Below, in pieces: positions 17,360 to 28,016 of a stretch of 64,000 nt of DNA. Position 1 is the first letter of the stretch, and each line of letters begins with the position of its first letter. Below the pieces are notes generated by a model. That model worked only from the letters and a program-made list of their open reading frames with translations, was not told where the DNA came from and made no database searches. The position numbers and the translations under genes were made by a program. This DNA comes from Nostoc sp. (lineage in GTDB: Bacteria > Cyanobacteriota > Cyanobacteriia > Cyanobacteriales > Nostocaceae). The stretch covers positions 1-64,000 of the forward strand of contig JBALDB010000033.1 in NCBI GenBank assembly GCA_036918135.1, given 5' to 3'.

Positions 17360-20300
17360 TCACTCTGCATTCCCAATCAGGTTAAATGCAGCCCAGTCGT
17401 AGGGTGAAAAGTCTTTCTCAATCATTGTCTGCATTGCTTTTCGCAGCGATCGCGCTTTATCGAGCTTTTTCTGTTGTAAATTTTGGTAAAATTCCGTCAT
17501 TAAGGTGGTTGTAGAGTTATCCGGTACTGACCACAAAGAAACAATTACACTGGGTACACCTGCGTTCATCAAAGAACGAGATAGTCCGATAACACCATCC
17601 CCTGTAATCCGCCCTTGTCCAGTATTGCAGGCGCTAATTACCACTAGTTCGGCATTTAGTTTCAAATCGAAGATTTCTTCGGCGGTGAGCAAACCATTGT
17701 CGTTACCAGAGGGTGCAAGGGCGATCGCACTCCCTAATCCCCTTAGATCATCCAGTATCCCATGTGTGGCGAAATGAATTATTCTGGCTTTAGGGAGAAT
17801 TGGCAAAATTGCTAGTTTAGTAGCATCTTTACCAATAAGCGGTTTGGCTTGGAATATGGGAGCTATGGCTTTAACTTCTGCTTCGGTTCCTGGTAATTGA
17901 GGTAATTGTTGAGGTTGATCTCCTAGTTTCATGGCTGCTTTGGGCATGATAGGATTGCCCACAAGTAAGACATCTTTTGCTGAACTAGGAACTCGCTGTC
18001 GTTGTTGATGGGTTAATTCTAAAACTTGAATTGATGGAGCGGTAATAATTGTGTGCTTTTCAATTAAGTACCGCCCTTTCGGGTCTTGCAGTGCAGGAAA
18101 GGGAACGGCAAATAGTTCGTGCTGAGGGATAAAAATTACACGAGCATCTTCTTGGGTAGGTAAATCTTCAGCTATAGGCTTGATCAGCAGTTGATAGAGT
18201 TGTTGCAAGTTGCGGTCTTTGGCGTTGGCGCTAGATTGGGAGTTGTTTTCACCGACTTTTTCTACTACATCGATTATAGGATAGTCTGATGTCTGCCCTG
18301 GTGGATAAGAGGGTTGTCTGAGGGTAAGTGTATTAGTATTAACTGCTACTACTATCCAGGCAGAGTCACTAGGAAAGTCATTTTTGAGTTTAACGTGATC
18401 GCCTTTTTTGAAGGTTAGCTGATTGGTATTGCCACGAGGTATACTTACAGCTTTGGCATTTTTAGGGATGGATACAAGGGTATCATTAACAAGGTTTAAC
18501 AGGGAGTTCTTTTTTTGCTGTAATGGGGTGAGGTCAGATTGGTGAAATTTAATTTCGCCGTTGGGTTTAACAACCCAGATGAAAAGTTTTGCGGCGGGCA
18601 TTTGTGGTTTTTTACTTGCGACTGAAGATGGAGATATACGCAAGCGATCCTGAATAATTTGGTATTCAACTAAAGTTGAATTTTGCTGCTTGACTATCTG
18701 CTGAATTTGTTGGATAGAAATTTTGGGAGTTTGTGTTTTCAACTCGCGGTTTTTAGAGTTACTGGAAGAGTTTGCTAGTAACTCTGCCAATATTCTAGCT
18801 CGACCTCGCTCAGAAATTTCTAGTGCTTCCTGTTTTCTGTTTTGAGCAACAAGAACTTCTGCAAGGGTTTGATATGTAATTAAATAGGAATTAAAAAATG
18901 ATATTCTATCAGAATTTCTATCTTGCTTACCAACTCCTTTGTCAAGTATTGATTCAAATTTTTCTATTGCTTTTGAGAGTAATTTCTCAGCTTTAGCTGT
19001 ATCTTTAGCTAAAAAATATAAAAATCCTCCGTTTGATTGACTTAATGCCAAACCATGCGGATTAAAATCTGGTTTTACCAATGACTCAGCATCGCGCTGA
19101 ATTTTGAATGCCTTATCAACATTACCAGTTGCAGCATATGTGAGTGCTAGCGATTGGAGTAAGTTTGCTTTTGTATTCCAATTTAAATAATTGCTTGTAT
19201 CTGTACTTCTGCTATCAAGGGCTATAGCCTTTTCGTAATATTTAATCGCATTTTTCCAATTACCTTGTTGAAAATAGGCAGATCCTAAATACTGAAATGC
19301 AGTAGCCTCCTCATCCAATAGTTTGAGCTTTTGTGCTAATTCTAACCCCTGGTTAATAGACTTAATTCCTGTATCAAAATTATATTTTTGATTTCCAACT
19401 GAAGTAGATAAAAGACCTAAAATGCTTAAGGATTGCACTTTCATTTGTTGGAAAGATTTACAATTTTCTCTTTGTATCTGCTGGTTAAAAAAATCTTGCT
19501 GGGATTGTGAGGATAAATTACTTTGGTTTTCGAGCGAGCAGTTACTCGAATTTTTAGCTATTTCTAATGCTTTCTCCTCGTATTCAATTGCTTTATCTAA
19601 AGCACCAATCAATTGATAAGAAGCACTTAAACTTCGATATGCTTGAAACTCAAGTAGCGGGTTTTTATTATCTTGGGCAATTTTTATCCCTTGGTTAAAA
19701 TGGTCAAGGCTAACATCATATTTGTTCTGAGCAAAATAAGCTCCACCGAGAATTATGTGTGTACTTACTTGTTCGGCAATATTTCCATTTGATATTGATA
19801 ATAGTTGCTGGAAATATTCAATTGCTTTGTTCGTATCTCCAATTGCCTGATAATTTGAACCGAGAAGTTTTAAAATACTTTTTTCATATGTTTTATTACT
19901 TAAAAAAGGATTATTTTTTAGCCCCTGATAAATTGCACGGGCTGAGTTCAAAAATTTTATTGATTCTTGAGGCTGATTTGTTTTTTGATAAACAATTCCT
20001 AATCCTAATAAATGCCTAAACTCAGCTACATGATTGCTGGTATGTATTGCTGGTTCTGGATTATTTTTGTATTTTTGGACAATTTTTAAGCCTTGTTCGT
20101 AACAACTAATTGCTTTGGAATAATCTTCTAACAACCAGTAATTATCACATAATATTGCTAACTCCCCTCCCTGCAAAAGTGCTACCCAAGGAGCTTGATT
20201 TTCATCAAAAATTTTCTGTTGTTCTTCTCGAAGGTTAACTGCTGTTGGAAGTGTTCCAGTAATCTGATATGAATTTGCTAATAATCCTAGAGCCACAACC

Positions 20301-21145
20301 TCAAAATAGGGGTTTTTAATTTCCCGTGCGATCGCTCTTAATTGCTCAGAATATTTAATGGCTTTAGCGTAATCTTTTTGAACAAAGTAGGCATTACTGA
20401 TTTGTCCCAGTGCTTTACCTTGGCTTTGTAAGACAGATGTTTCCAGTTGGGTATCTTGAAGTTCTTTGGCGATCGCCGAAGCTTGCTCGAAAGATGCGAT
20501 CGCCCTGCTGTTATCCCCTACAGCCATGTAAGCCTGTCCTAGACTGACTAAGATATTAATTTCTCTTCGTTTATCTTTAGTACCTCGAACATTTACTAAA
20601 TTCTTCTCTAATAAATCGATGGTTGTTTTCAAACTAGATAAAGCTGTTTGCTCTATTTCGCGGTTTTGACTGCTTCTGGCGATCGCTAAACTTTGTTGAT
20701 AATAATCAATAGCCTTTACTGTATTTCCTTGTGGAGCATTTAAATTTATCGTTCCAAGATTAAGTAGCGCCCTTGCTTCTAAATCGGGGTTTTTAATTTC
20801 TCGTGCTATCGATAACGCCTGTTGCTGGTGGGCGAGTGCTTGAGGAAAATCTTTTAAGAAAAAGTAGGCGTTACTAATATTCTTGTGAGTATGTCCCTCT
20901 GCTAAACGTTCCTTAATTTGCTGGTAAATTAGTAATGCTTTTTGAAAAGATTCCAAAGCAGCTTTTGGTTGATTGTCTTTTATTTGCTGCTCACCCAGCT
21001 TGAACAACCGATCAGCCTCAGCTTTGCTGGAATTATGCATAACTTGGGTTACGTATAAGGATATTGGTTTAGCTGAAGGTAAAGCGAACGCAAACGTACC
21101 TAAAACAATAGCCAGCGCACCCAGAGAAATTTTGCTAACAGCCAT
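17360..21145 (-). CDS. Exported TPR-repeat + CHAT (caspase-like) protease
   Basis: 1261 aa: signal-peptide-like N-terminus, many TPRs, ALEISERGRAR, catalytic IHFATHG and ISACNTG, C-terminal WAAFNLIG. Confidence 0.92.
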   Translation of the reverse strand: MAVSKISLGALAIVLGTFAFALPSAKPISLYVTQVMHNSSKAEADRLFKLGEQQIKDNQPKAALESFQKALLIYQQIKERLAEGHTHKNISNAYFFLKDFPQALAHQQQALSIAREIKNPDLEARALLNLGTINLNAPQGNTVKAIDYYQQSLAIARSSQNREIEQTALSSLKTTIDLLEKNLVNVRGTKDKRREINILVSLGQAYMAVGDNSRAIASFEQASAIAKELQDTQLETSVLQSQGKALGQISNAYFVQKDYAKAIKYSEQLRAIAREIKNPYFEVVALGLLANSYQITGTLPTAVNLREEQQKIFDENQAPWVALLQGGELAILCDNYWLLEDYSKAISCYEQGLKIVQKYKNNPEPAIHTSNHVAEFRHLLGLGIVYQKTNQPQESIKFLNSARAIYQGLKNNPFLSNKTYEKSILKLLGSNYQAIGDTNKAIEYFQQLLSISNGNIAEQVSTHIILGGAYFAQNKYDVSLDHFNQGIKIAQDNKNPLLEFQAYRSLSASYQLIGALDKAIEYEEKALEIAKNSSNCSLENQSNLSSQSQQDFFNQQIQRENCKSFQQMKVQSLSILGLLSTSVGNQKYNFDTGIKSINQGLELAQKLKLLDEEATAFQYLGSAYFQQGNWKNAIKYYEKAIALDSRSTDTSNYLNWNTKANLLQSLALTYAATGNVDKAFKIQRDAESLVKPDFNPHGLALSQSNGGFLYFLAKDTAKAEKLLSKAIEKFESILDKGVGKQDRNSDRISFFNSYLITYQTLAEVLVAQNRKQEALEISERGRARILAELLANSSSNSKNRELKTQTPKISIQQIQQIVKQQNSTLVEYQIIQDRLRISPSSVASKKPQMPAAKLFIWVVKPNGEIKFHQSDLTPLQQKKNSLLNLVNDTLVSIPKNAKAVSIPRGNTNQLTFKKGDHVKLKNDFPSDSAWIVVAVNTNTLTLRQPSYPPGQTSDYPIIDVVEKVGENNSQSSANAKDRNLQQLYQLLIKPIAEDLPTQEDARVIFIPQHELFAVPFPALQDPKGRYLIEKHTIITAPSIQVLELTHQQRQRVPSSAKDVLLVGNPIMPKAAMKLGDQPQQLPQLPGTEAEVKAIAPIFQAKPLIGKDATKLAILPILPKARIIHFATHGILDDLRGLGSAIALAPSGNDNGLLTAEEIFDLKLNAELVVISACNTGQGRITGDGVIGLSRSLMNAGVPSVIVSLWSVPDNSTTTLMTEFYQNLQQKKLDKARSLRKAMQTMIEKDFSPYDWAAFNLIGNAE

Positions 21146-21153
21146 AACAGTTA

Positions 21154-21972
21154 CTATTTAGACTTACAACAAGAAACAATAGGCTCTTTGACGATAGTTT
21201 CTAAACGCACTCCATCCGACTTCAACAAATCCTCCCAGTCAGCTTGAAAATCTTCATCCTGGGGATTTTGGCGGCGAAGTTCAATTAATCCCGTGAGAGT
21301 GTCGTACCAATAACCATTTTCAGCGTAAATAATCAGGCGCGATCGCCCCCTACTCGCCTGTAACTGACTCATCACCTCTTGATTCACTTTTACTCGTTTG
21401 ATTCTGCCACTTACAGCATCAATCTTAGGAGCGCAAGTTACAGACAGTCGCCACTCATAGATTGTGTCAACTTCTAAAGCAGATACATTTTTAGGTATTG
21501 TGACACCAATAACACCAGGCGTATTTGTTAACTGCAAATTCTGTTTGTAAATTTCTTTGTCTTGTGCATCTTTCAGCACAAATTCTACCGGAGTTGTAGA
21601 ATTTGGTTGATAAGGTACGTAAAACCAAAATGTGGGGCGTTCGGCGATGGTGAAGCCCATATTTTTCCCTGGAATCAAAGCAGTAAGAGGAGGCTTATTT
21701 TTGTTGTCATTGGAGCAGGTACCACGACTTGCAGCTCCTTCCCTGTTACCAGGTGCGCCATCATTTGGCGATATGAAGCGAAATGGTTGTCTTCTTGGGC
21801 GCTTAGGTGGTTTTGGTGATGGTGGGGTGGAAGGCTTTTGTCCTAGTAATTGTTGTGACAGTCTATGCTCTGATGGGGAAGTGGCTATTGGCACATTTGG
21901 GTAACAACCAAGTAGTAAAGGGAGAATTAAAGCTGGTGTTAGTTGGTGCGATCGCTTCTTTTTTAATTTCAT
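21154..21972 (-). CDS. DUF928 domain protein (possible lipoprotein)
   Basis: 272 aa: PGNREGAASRGTC, LTALIP, TIAERPTFWFYVPY, YAENGYWYDTL; LLLGC lipobox-like N-terminus. Confidence 0.85.
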   Translation of the reverse strand: MKLKKKRSHQLTPALILPLLLGCYPNVPIATSPSEHRLSQQLLGQKPSTPPSPKPPKRPRRQPFRFISPNDGAPGNREGAASRGTCSNDNKNKPPLTALIPGKNMGFTIAERPTFWFYVPYQPNSTTPVEFVLKDAQDKEIYKQNLQLTNTPGVIGVTIPKNVSALEVDTIYEWRLSVTCAPKIDAVSGRIKRVKVNQEVMSQLQASRGRSRLIIYAENGYWYDTLTGLIELRRQNPQDEDFQADWEDLLKSDGVRLETIVKEPIVSCCKSK

Positions 21973-21988
21973 GATTTGAGGTGCTAAT

Positions 21989-24343
21989 TTATATATTTAT
22001 TGTCGATTTTTTATATATGGCATAGCATATCAGGATTCCACCGGAACTCACTAATGTCAGCAGCGATGGTACAAGCGGCACCCAAGTTCCTAGCATGAAC
22101 AAGAAAAAACACGAGCCATATAAGATAAATATGGCTGCAACAGTTGTCAGCACTAGAGGTACTGCTCCCCAAACACACCAAACTATCAAACCCCCCACAA
22201 AAGACCAACCGCAAATCCACAAACCATCTGCCCACCAAGACCAAACTCCCAACAATGGACGCTCACCCAACGCTGCACTGATAATTTGACTTACCATTTG
22301 AGCGTGAAGAAATACACCTCGTATTTGCGTGCCATAGGGAGTTTGAAAATCATCGGGCACAGCAGAGTCTGTAACACCAATTAAAATTATTTTGTCCCTT
22401 ATGGAATCGGGTGGGGCTCCTCTAAGTAAGTCTGTAATGGTAATGGAATTAGCAAAATTTTTACCGTAACGGTAATTGAGCAAGATTTGGAAACCTCTGT
22501 TATCTAAACCCTGGTAGCCTCCTGCATTACTCGGCAACTTTTTAAAATGCGCTTCACCTAACTGTAATTCTGTATTTGAAATCTGCTGAGGCTTAATGTT
22601 TTTTTTCGTATCTAAATAATACTCTGCCAACTGCCAGTTAAAAGAATTATGTGCTGTACAACGAGAGCTAGAATCTGGATTCATGAACAGCAGATGGCGA
22701 CGAATCATTTTAATTTTACTATCGGGATTAACCGCAGAGTCAAACACAACATCACTAAATCCCAAGCTCTCTAATGGGATAAAAGGTGCTGGTGGAGTAC
22801 CTACTAAATTCCCCTCTTTTGTATTGTTAACTTTGCAGACTGTAAACAACTTCTCGTTTTCAAAAAGCTTTTCTAAATATGCGGTAGGTTTAACATCAGA
22901 TAAAGGAGATAAATCCCTGTACATATCTAACCCAATAACTAGCGGTTGATGTTTATTGAGTTCGTTTATAACTTGAACAAGTTTGGTATGTGATAGCGAA
23001 AACTCACCTCTTTCTTTCTTATCTTGAGCATCAATATCCCTTTTGTTAACTTCAACAACCAAAATACGAGGGTCAATTCCTTCATGTGGTCGCTGTTGCA
23101 TCATCTGGTCGTAAGCTTTAAGTTCCAGTGGTTGCAACCAACCTAGATGACGCACTCCCAACATTAAAGCAGCAACAGCAACACTTGCAGCTATTACCGT
23201 TTGCAACTTGGGAGCATAGCTGCGTGGAATCCAAGTTAGTGGTGTACAAGCAGGGTTTTGGAAAATAACAGGTAGCCAACTGGCACAAGGGAACTCACCC
23301 TCCAAACCTTGTAGGCGTTCTCGTGCTTCTCGCACTGCTAAATATAATGAGCGATCGCGAGCGAAAGCTGCAAGAAAATGCTTTAAAAATTCGTGTGCAA
23401 CTACATCTGGAATCGATTCCCGCATCACAATCATTTGGGGAATCTGCATTGCACTTAATTCTGCGGCTAGTCCTAAGCCATCGCAAGAGTTAAAAATTGC
23501 CAGAGAAAGTCCTTTTTTAATCGCTTTATTGAGGGCTAATTTTAAATCTTCAATACTTAACCATTCATCTTCATTAATTTTTATGCTGCCTTGATTTAAC
23601 TCCCTCTCACTTTTACTGTGTCCAGCAAAAAATAAAATATCCCAACCTTGTTCCCAAAGTTTATCGGTGAGTTGTTTTCTCTTTGGCTGTTCTAAAAATT
23701 CAATATTTGCATCTGGTAATTGCTGCTTTAATATATTATAGTCTTTCTGAATATCAATATCATTCTGGTCTTTTTTACTTTGATTATTGAGATTATTACC
23801 CAGAATAGCCAATATCTTAATTTTACGCTGAGATTTTCCCCCTGATACAGGTTCATATCTTCTTGGACTCAATGCTATTTCAGCATATTGATATTCAGTC
23901 AAGAATTCCCATAGACTCCAAGGCAATTTCCACAATAATTTGTCATCTGTTTGCAAGATAATTCTAATTTTTTCGTGATCTTTGATTTTTCTAAAAAACT
24001 TATCTGTAATAGGAGCAAAAGAATTAGATTTTAACCATTCATTTAAGGTATAGCTTAATTCGCTTCCTGCTTCTAGACACTCATCTATGGGATCGCCAAT
24101 AAAATCGCCGACATTTTGTATTTCAGTATCTACATGATCTAAACGCATTAACGACTTGGAAAGGCGATAATGGAAATAGCATGATTGCCAACGTGTGTAG
24201 CTTTGCTCAACTTGGGGAGCAGCAGGTAATCTTCCTGTGATTTTGGTAGAGACCGATTTCCCTTCTTCTGCGATTTGCAATGTGACAGGATATCCCTGCT
24301 CAAAATCGCCTTCCCCAAATTCCAGGACAACTAACTTACTCAT
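21989..24343 (-). CDS. CHAT + CHASE2 membrane sensor protein
   Basis: 784 aa: CHAT dyad FFAGHS / IFNSCDG, one TM, CHASE2 (LELKAYDQMM, DPRILVV, VIGLDMYRD, GVFLHAQMVSQII), three C-terminal TMs. Confidence 0.9.
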   Translation of the reverse strand: MSKLVVLEFGEGDFEQGYPVTLQIAEEGKSVSTKITGRLPAAPQVEQSYTRWQSCYFHYRLSKSLMRLDHVDTEIQNVGDFIGDPIDECLEAGSELSYTLNEWLKSNSFAPITDKFFRKIKDHEKIRIILQTDDKLLWKLPWSLWEFLTEYQYAEIALSPRRYEPVSGGKSQRKIKILAILGNNLNNQSKKDQNDIDIQKDYNILKQQLPDANIEFLEQPKRKQLTDKLWEQGWDILFFAGHSKSERELNQGSIKINEDEWLSIEDLKLALNKAIKKGLSLAIFNSCDGLGLAAELSAMQIPQMIVMRESIPDVVAHEFLKHFLAAFARDRSLYLAVREARERLQGLEGEFPCASWLPVIFQNPACTPLTWIPRSYAPKLQTVIAASVAVAALMLGVRHLGWLQPLELKAYDQMMQQRPHEGIDPRILVVEVNKRDIDAQDKKERGEFSLSHTKLVQVINELNKHQPLVIGLDMYRDLSPLSDVKPTAYLEKLFENEKLFTVCKVNNTKEGNLVGTPPAPFIPLESLGFSDVVFDSAVNPDSKIKMIRRHLLFMNPDSSSRCTAHNSFNWQLAEYYLDTKKNIKPQQISNTELQLGEAHFKKLPSNAGGYQGLDNRGFQILLNYRYGKNFANSITITDLLRGAPPDSIRDKIILIGVTDSAVPDDFQTPYGTQIRGVFLHAQMVSQIISAALGERPLLGVWSWWADGLWICGWSFVGGLIVWCVWGAVPLVLTTVAAIFILYGSCFFLFMLGTWVPLVPSLLTLVSSGGILICYAIYKKSTINI

Positions 24344-24615
24344 TTTTAAAATTGGACTATCAGCATATTGAGTAGTTATTCACAGGAAGCATCCCCATTT
24401 TTTAAATAAACAACACAAATAGCTCTGATGAAATCTCTGCGCCCCTTTGCGTGAACCTCTGCGTCACTCTGCGTTTAAAAATGAAATTATTTGCATTGTT
24501 ACAGGAATTACTTATACCTGTAAAATGATCTTAATATTTTTGTAATAAAAATGCAGAACTTAGAGTACTTCACGGATTTTCTATGGCTGTAATGGTACAC
24601 AACGCAAACTGTGGT

Positions 24616-25047
24616 TTAATTAGACTCGCCAATTAAGGTAAAAGCTGCCCAGTTCTTGGGGAGCTCCTTACCCTCGATTTGAGTGTTTTTGATTTGGCGT
24701 GCGATCGCCAATGATTGTTGTAGGTTCTCAATGGCTTTGTAAGAATCTCCCTGGTAAATGTAGGCAAGTCCCAGATTAAGCAGCGCTTTCCCCTCGCTTT
24801 GACGGTCTTTGATTTTTCGGTAGATATCAAGTGCTTGTTCCCAAGACTGTAATGCTGCTTGAAATTGACTTTTATTCAGTTGTTCTAGACCAAGGTCATT
24901 CAATCGGTCTGCTTCTACTTTATTTGGATTTGATGTCTGCAACAGTACTTCTGCTGTAGAAAATAGCACTAATAAACTAACCGTAAAATTCCCTGTAAAG
25001 CCTACTAAAATAGTAACTAAACTCAAGATTACTTTTTTTAATCGCAT
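24616..25047 (-). pseudogene. Internally deleted TPR-CHAT gene (signal + ~2 TPR fused to the last CHAT residues)
   Basis: 143 aa: TPRs run directly into PKNWAAFTLIGESN, the CHAT C-terminal motif, with no catalytic core. Confidence 0.75.
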
Positions 25048-25291
25048 AAAAAAGAGTTCAATACAAAATCATTATCTTTGTACAACACTCCCAGTTTATC
25101 CCGCATTTTCATATACATATTTCCTTATTAAAGTATATCAAATCTCTGCTGAATACTGAGTAATTATTGTTGCTTCAATAATAGCGATCGCATTCAATTC
25201 AACTAGAAACCGGAGGTGCGATCTCAAACCACTGCAAACAATTCCTAAATTGAATCCAGTGAGAATAGCACAGAATTGTTTCTAAAAGACA

Positions 25292-26158
25292 CTAAGACTC
25301 TTTACAGCACATATTCTCCCTCTGAAATCTGTGGTAGTCGTCAGGGGAGTTGATGTTTAAGTAATCAGATCGAGATGCTATTCTTGGAGCAAACAACTCA
25401 CCCATAGTTAGTGATGTCTGTATAATTGAATTCATTTGTCGAGGATAATCGTTTTTCCAAGTTGTTTCAGCTAATATCGATAAGTAGGTTTTAAGAGAGT
25501 TTAGATTAAAAATAAAAATTCCAACATTATCTTCTCCAAAATATGGGATGCAATCTCCTGAACTATGAAAGAGAAGCTTTTCAACATTTCCATCTAAATC
25601 TCTTTTTATGGATGCATATGGATAGTCTAAAGTAGTGGTTGGCATAGTAAGTCCTTGATTTTGATGAAGTGCATAATGTAAATTTAGAGACTTTTTAATA
25701 GTGACAGTCCTATAGAGCATATCGCACCATAAAATAATAACTGTCCCATAATTTGCATCTATATCCCTGACTGCAACCTGAACAGCACTACCATGTCCCA
25801 GTGGATTATCATCAATAACTAACTTAAAATTATCTAAACTACTTTGGACAATGTAATTCTCTACAGCAGCATAATTTTCACTTCTAACCACTAACCTGAT
25901 CTCATGATGGCTTAATTCACTAATTTGCGAAGCTGTTCTTGACAATAATGTTTCATTATCCTCTAGAGAAAATAGAAGCTTCGGTAGATGAAATCCCCTA
26001 GCTTTCATCCTAAGAGATTTACCAGCAGCTAAGATAATAAAATGTATATTTTCAGTATTTATTGATGATTCAATAATCTCTACTAACGATGACCTATCAG
26101 CTATCTGATAGAAATATTTTGTCAGATAAGCAGGTATATTATTGTCATTAGACAACAT
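25292..26158 (-). CDS. NTP transferase (GlmU/MobA-like sugar nucleotidyltransferase)
   Basis: 288 aa: IILAAGKSLRM..PKLL, PLGHGSAV, ILWCDM, LNINSPDDY. Confidence 0.8.
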   Translation of the reverse strand: MLSNDNNIPAYLTKYFYQIADRSSLVEIIESSINTENIHFIILAAGKSLRMKARGFHLPKLLFSLEDNETLLSRTASQISELSHHEIRLVVRSENYAAVENYIVQSSLDNFKLVIDDNPLGHGSAVQVAVRDIDANYGTVIILWCDMLYRTVTIKKSLNLHYALHQNQGLTMPTTTLDYPYASIKRDLDGNVEKLLFHSSGDCIPYFGEDNVGIFIFNLNSLKTYLSILAETTWKNDYPRQMNSIIQTSLTMGELFAPRIASRSDYLNINSPDDYHRFQRENMCCKES

Positions 26159-26178
26159 GACATCTTACTCCTATTCTC

Positions 26179-27357
26179 CTATGAATATTTATTCAGATAC
26201 TTTATACTATTTAATAGCATCTCAGAAAATGAATTATTAAAGTAGCTATCATAAATGCAAAGCTTATTTTGAGATGTAATTTTTGTACTGAAGTCAGCAC
26301 CCCATATGTCTAAGGAATACTTCATATTATTTAACATCCTCAAGCCTTCTACCTTGATATCTCTACAGAAATCTAACACTAGAAGCTGTTTTTGACTAGG
26401 TTTAGACTGGAAAGGTATATGGTGTAGTAGGTTTTGTAACTGAATTCTCTGCGGCATTGGAAGTAACCTCAGTATTTGTTGGTCGGAAACCTCTATACGA
26501 AAAGACCTAGATAGCCATTGAAAATAAGAAGTAGAGCCTAAATATCCAACATAAGCATTTGCAATAATTTTTTGAGGAAGCTTATGATAAACACAGAAAG
26601 CATTTAAGAAAACATCGTCCGCAATAATATAATTAGGAATAATTGGGTAATTTTTTGTTCTCATACCTAACAATCTTCCAACTGGTAAAGAGTATCCTGT
26701 AAGTTGTCTCTTAAGAGTTACAATCTTAGAAAATAAATTTTCTGTCTGATTTGTTAAACAAGTAAGCTCAATTAAAGATGGATTACCCCCAACCAAGGCA
26801 TAATTACCTTTTACTAGCTCTAATAAGAGTCTTGGAATTGTCCTCGGATATAAAATCACATCATCATCCATGAAAAAAATGTAGTTAATATTGTTACTGA
26901 TTGCATACTGATGTCCATAATTCATGGCTAAAACTTTACTTTTATTTTTTGCATGAATAGCTGCTATATATATTATATTTTTAATATACCTATGTCGTGA
27001 TAAAAACTTCATTAACTGTTTTTTAAAGTTGGAGCTAATTTCTCCATTTATCACTACTAATATATGAATTAAGAATTCGCTTAAAAATGTATTAATTTTA
27101 TCATCACAAATATTTTTAACTACTCTGCTTAGATGCTCTAACACATAAAAATCACTGTCACATGTTGGAATAACTATTATAAGACTCTTGTTTTCACTAT
27201 CTTGAGTATTAGTAGAAGCATAACTCATAAACTGGTATTCCCACGGATTAATGTCTGAAATTGGATCATGTACTATGATTTTTCGAGGTTGTATCCATTT
27301 GAAATCAAAATAGTCTACAGTCACTGATGTTCCTAGTCTCTCAAGAATATAATTCAT
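26179..27357 (-). CDS. Glycosyltransferase family 2 (GT-A fold)
   Basis: 392 aa: IIVIPT, SKVLAMNYG, FFMDDDV, IIADDVFL. Confidence 0.75.
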   Translation of the reverse strand: MNYILERLGTSVTVDYFDFKWIQPRKIIVHDPISDINPWEYQFMSYASTNTQDSENKSLIIVIPTCDSDFYVLEHLSRVVKNICDDKINTFLSEFLIHILVVINGEISSNFKKQLMKFLSRHRYIKNIIYIAAIHAKNKSKVLAMNYGHQYAISNNINYIFFMDDDVILYPRTIPRLLLELVKGNYALVGGNPSLIELTCLTNQTENLFSKIVTLKRQLTGYSLPVGRLLGMRTKNYPIIPNYIIADDVFLNAFCVYHKLPQKIIANAYVGYLGSTSYFQWLSRSFRIEVSDQQILRLLPMPQRIQLQNLLHHIPFQSKPSQKQLLVLDFCRDIKVEGLRMLNNMKYSLDIWGADFSTKITSQNKLCIYDSYFNNSFSEMLLNSIKYLNKYS

Positions 27358-27623
27358 ACAATCTCCGTTTTGAGTACATAAAATGGATTCAATTTATTGC
27401 GTAAATTGAGAGCGATCGCATTTCAGGTGCAGAGAGTTAGAAGTGCGCTCGCTTTTAGGTACATAAAAAAACTATGTTTTGGCAGCTAATAGCAAGTCAA
27501 ATAAGCGTAGCTTTCTTGCAAAATTTCAACATAATTTAGTATCTCAAAATGTCTCATTGCTATTACGCAAATAGCCATCTGCGAGTGGCGTACATTTTCT
27601 TAATCTGCAAACCTGTGTTCGCA

Positions 27624-28016
27624 TTACTGCCCAATCTGAGAACATTGTTGAGCTACTAAAATGCTCGTTGGAGAATAGGGCGGAGCTACAGCGTAACCAA
27701 TCCCAGAGGCTGCATCAGAAAGCTCCTCTGCAAATGAGTAAGCCATACGTGCAGAGCGACAGTATTGATATGGCTGACTTAAAGCAAATGCATCAATCTG
27801 TCCTATATAACCTTGCACTACTGAGTACTGGACTGAAGCAAAGGGGCTGTTCTGTTTCAAAGCCTCCAGATAGTCTTGTCCCGCTTGACGCATACCCTGA
27901 AAAGTAGAGGTTAAGTCAACTACTACCTGTGCATTACTCGGCTTGGGATAGATACACAGAATAGTCATAGCAGTTGCTAAATTTACAAGTATTGGTAAAA
28001 AACGACGTGATGACAT
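27624..28016 (-). CDS. Hypothetical secreted protein
   Basis: 130 aa with a signal-peptide-like N-terminus (…PKPSNA|Q), AGGAG RBS and a Cys pair. Confidence 0.65.
   Translation of the reverse strand: MSSRRFLPILVNLATAMTILCIYPKPSNAQVVVDLTSTFQGMRQAGQDYLEALKQNSPFASVQYSVVQGYIGQIDAFALSQPYQYCRSARMAYSFAEELSDAASGIGYAVAPPYSPTSILVAQQCSQIGQ

Noticed and set aside
17033..17402. Short ORFs 17033-17290 and 17184-17402
   Set aside because: They run across the MITE and dispersed repeats and are most likely spurious.
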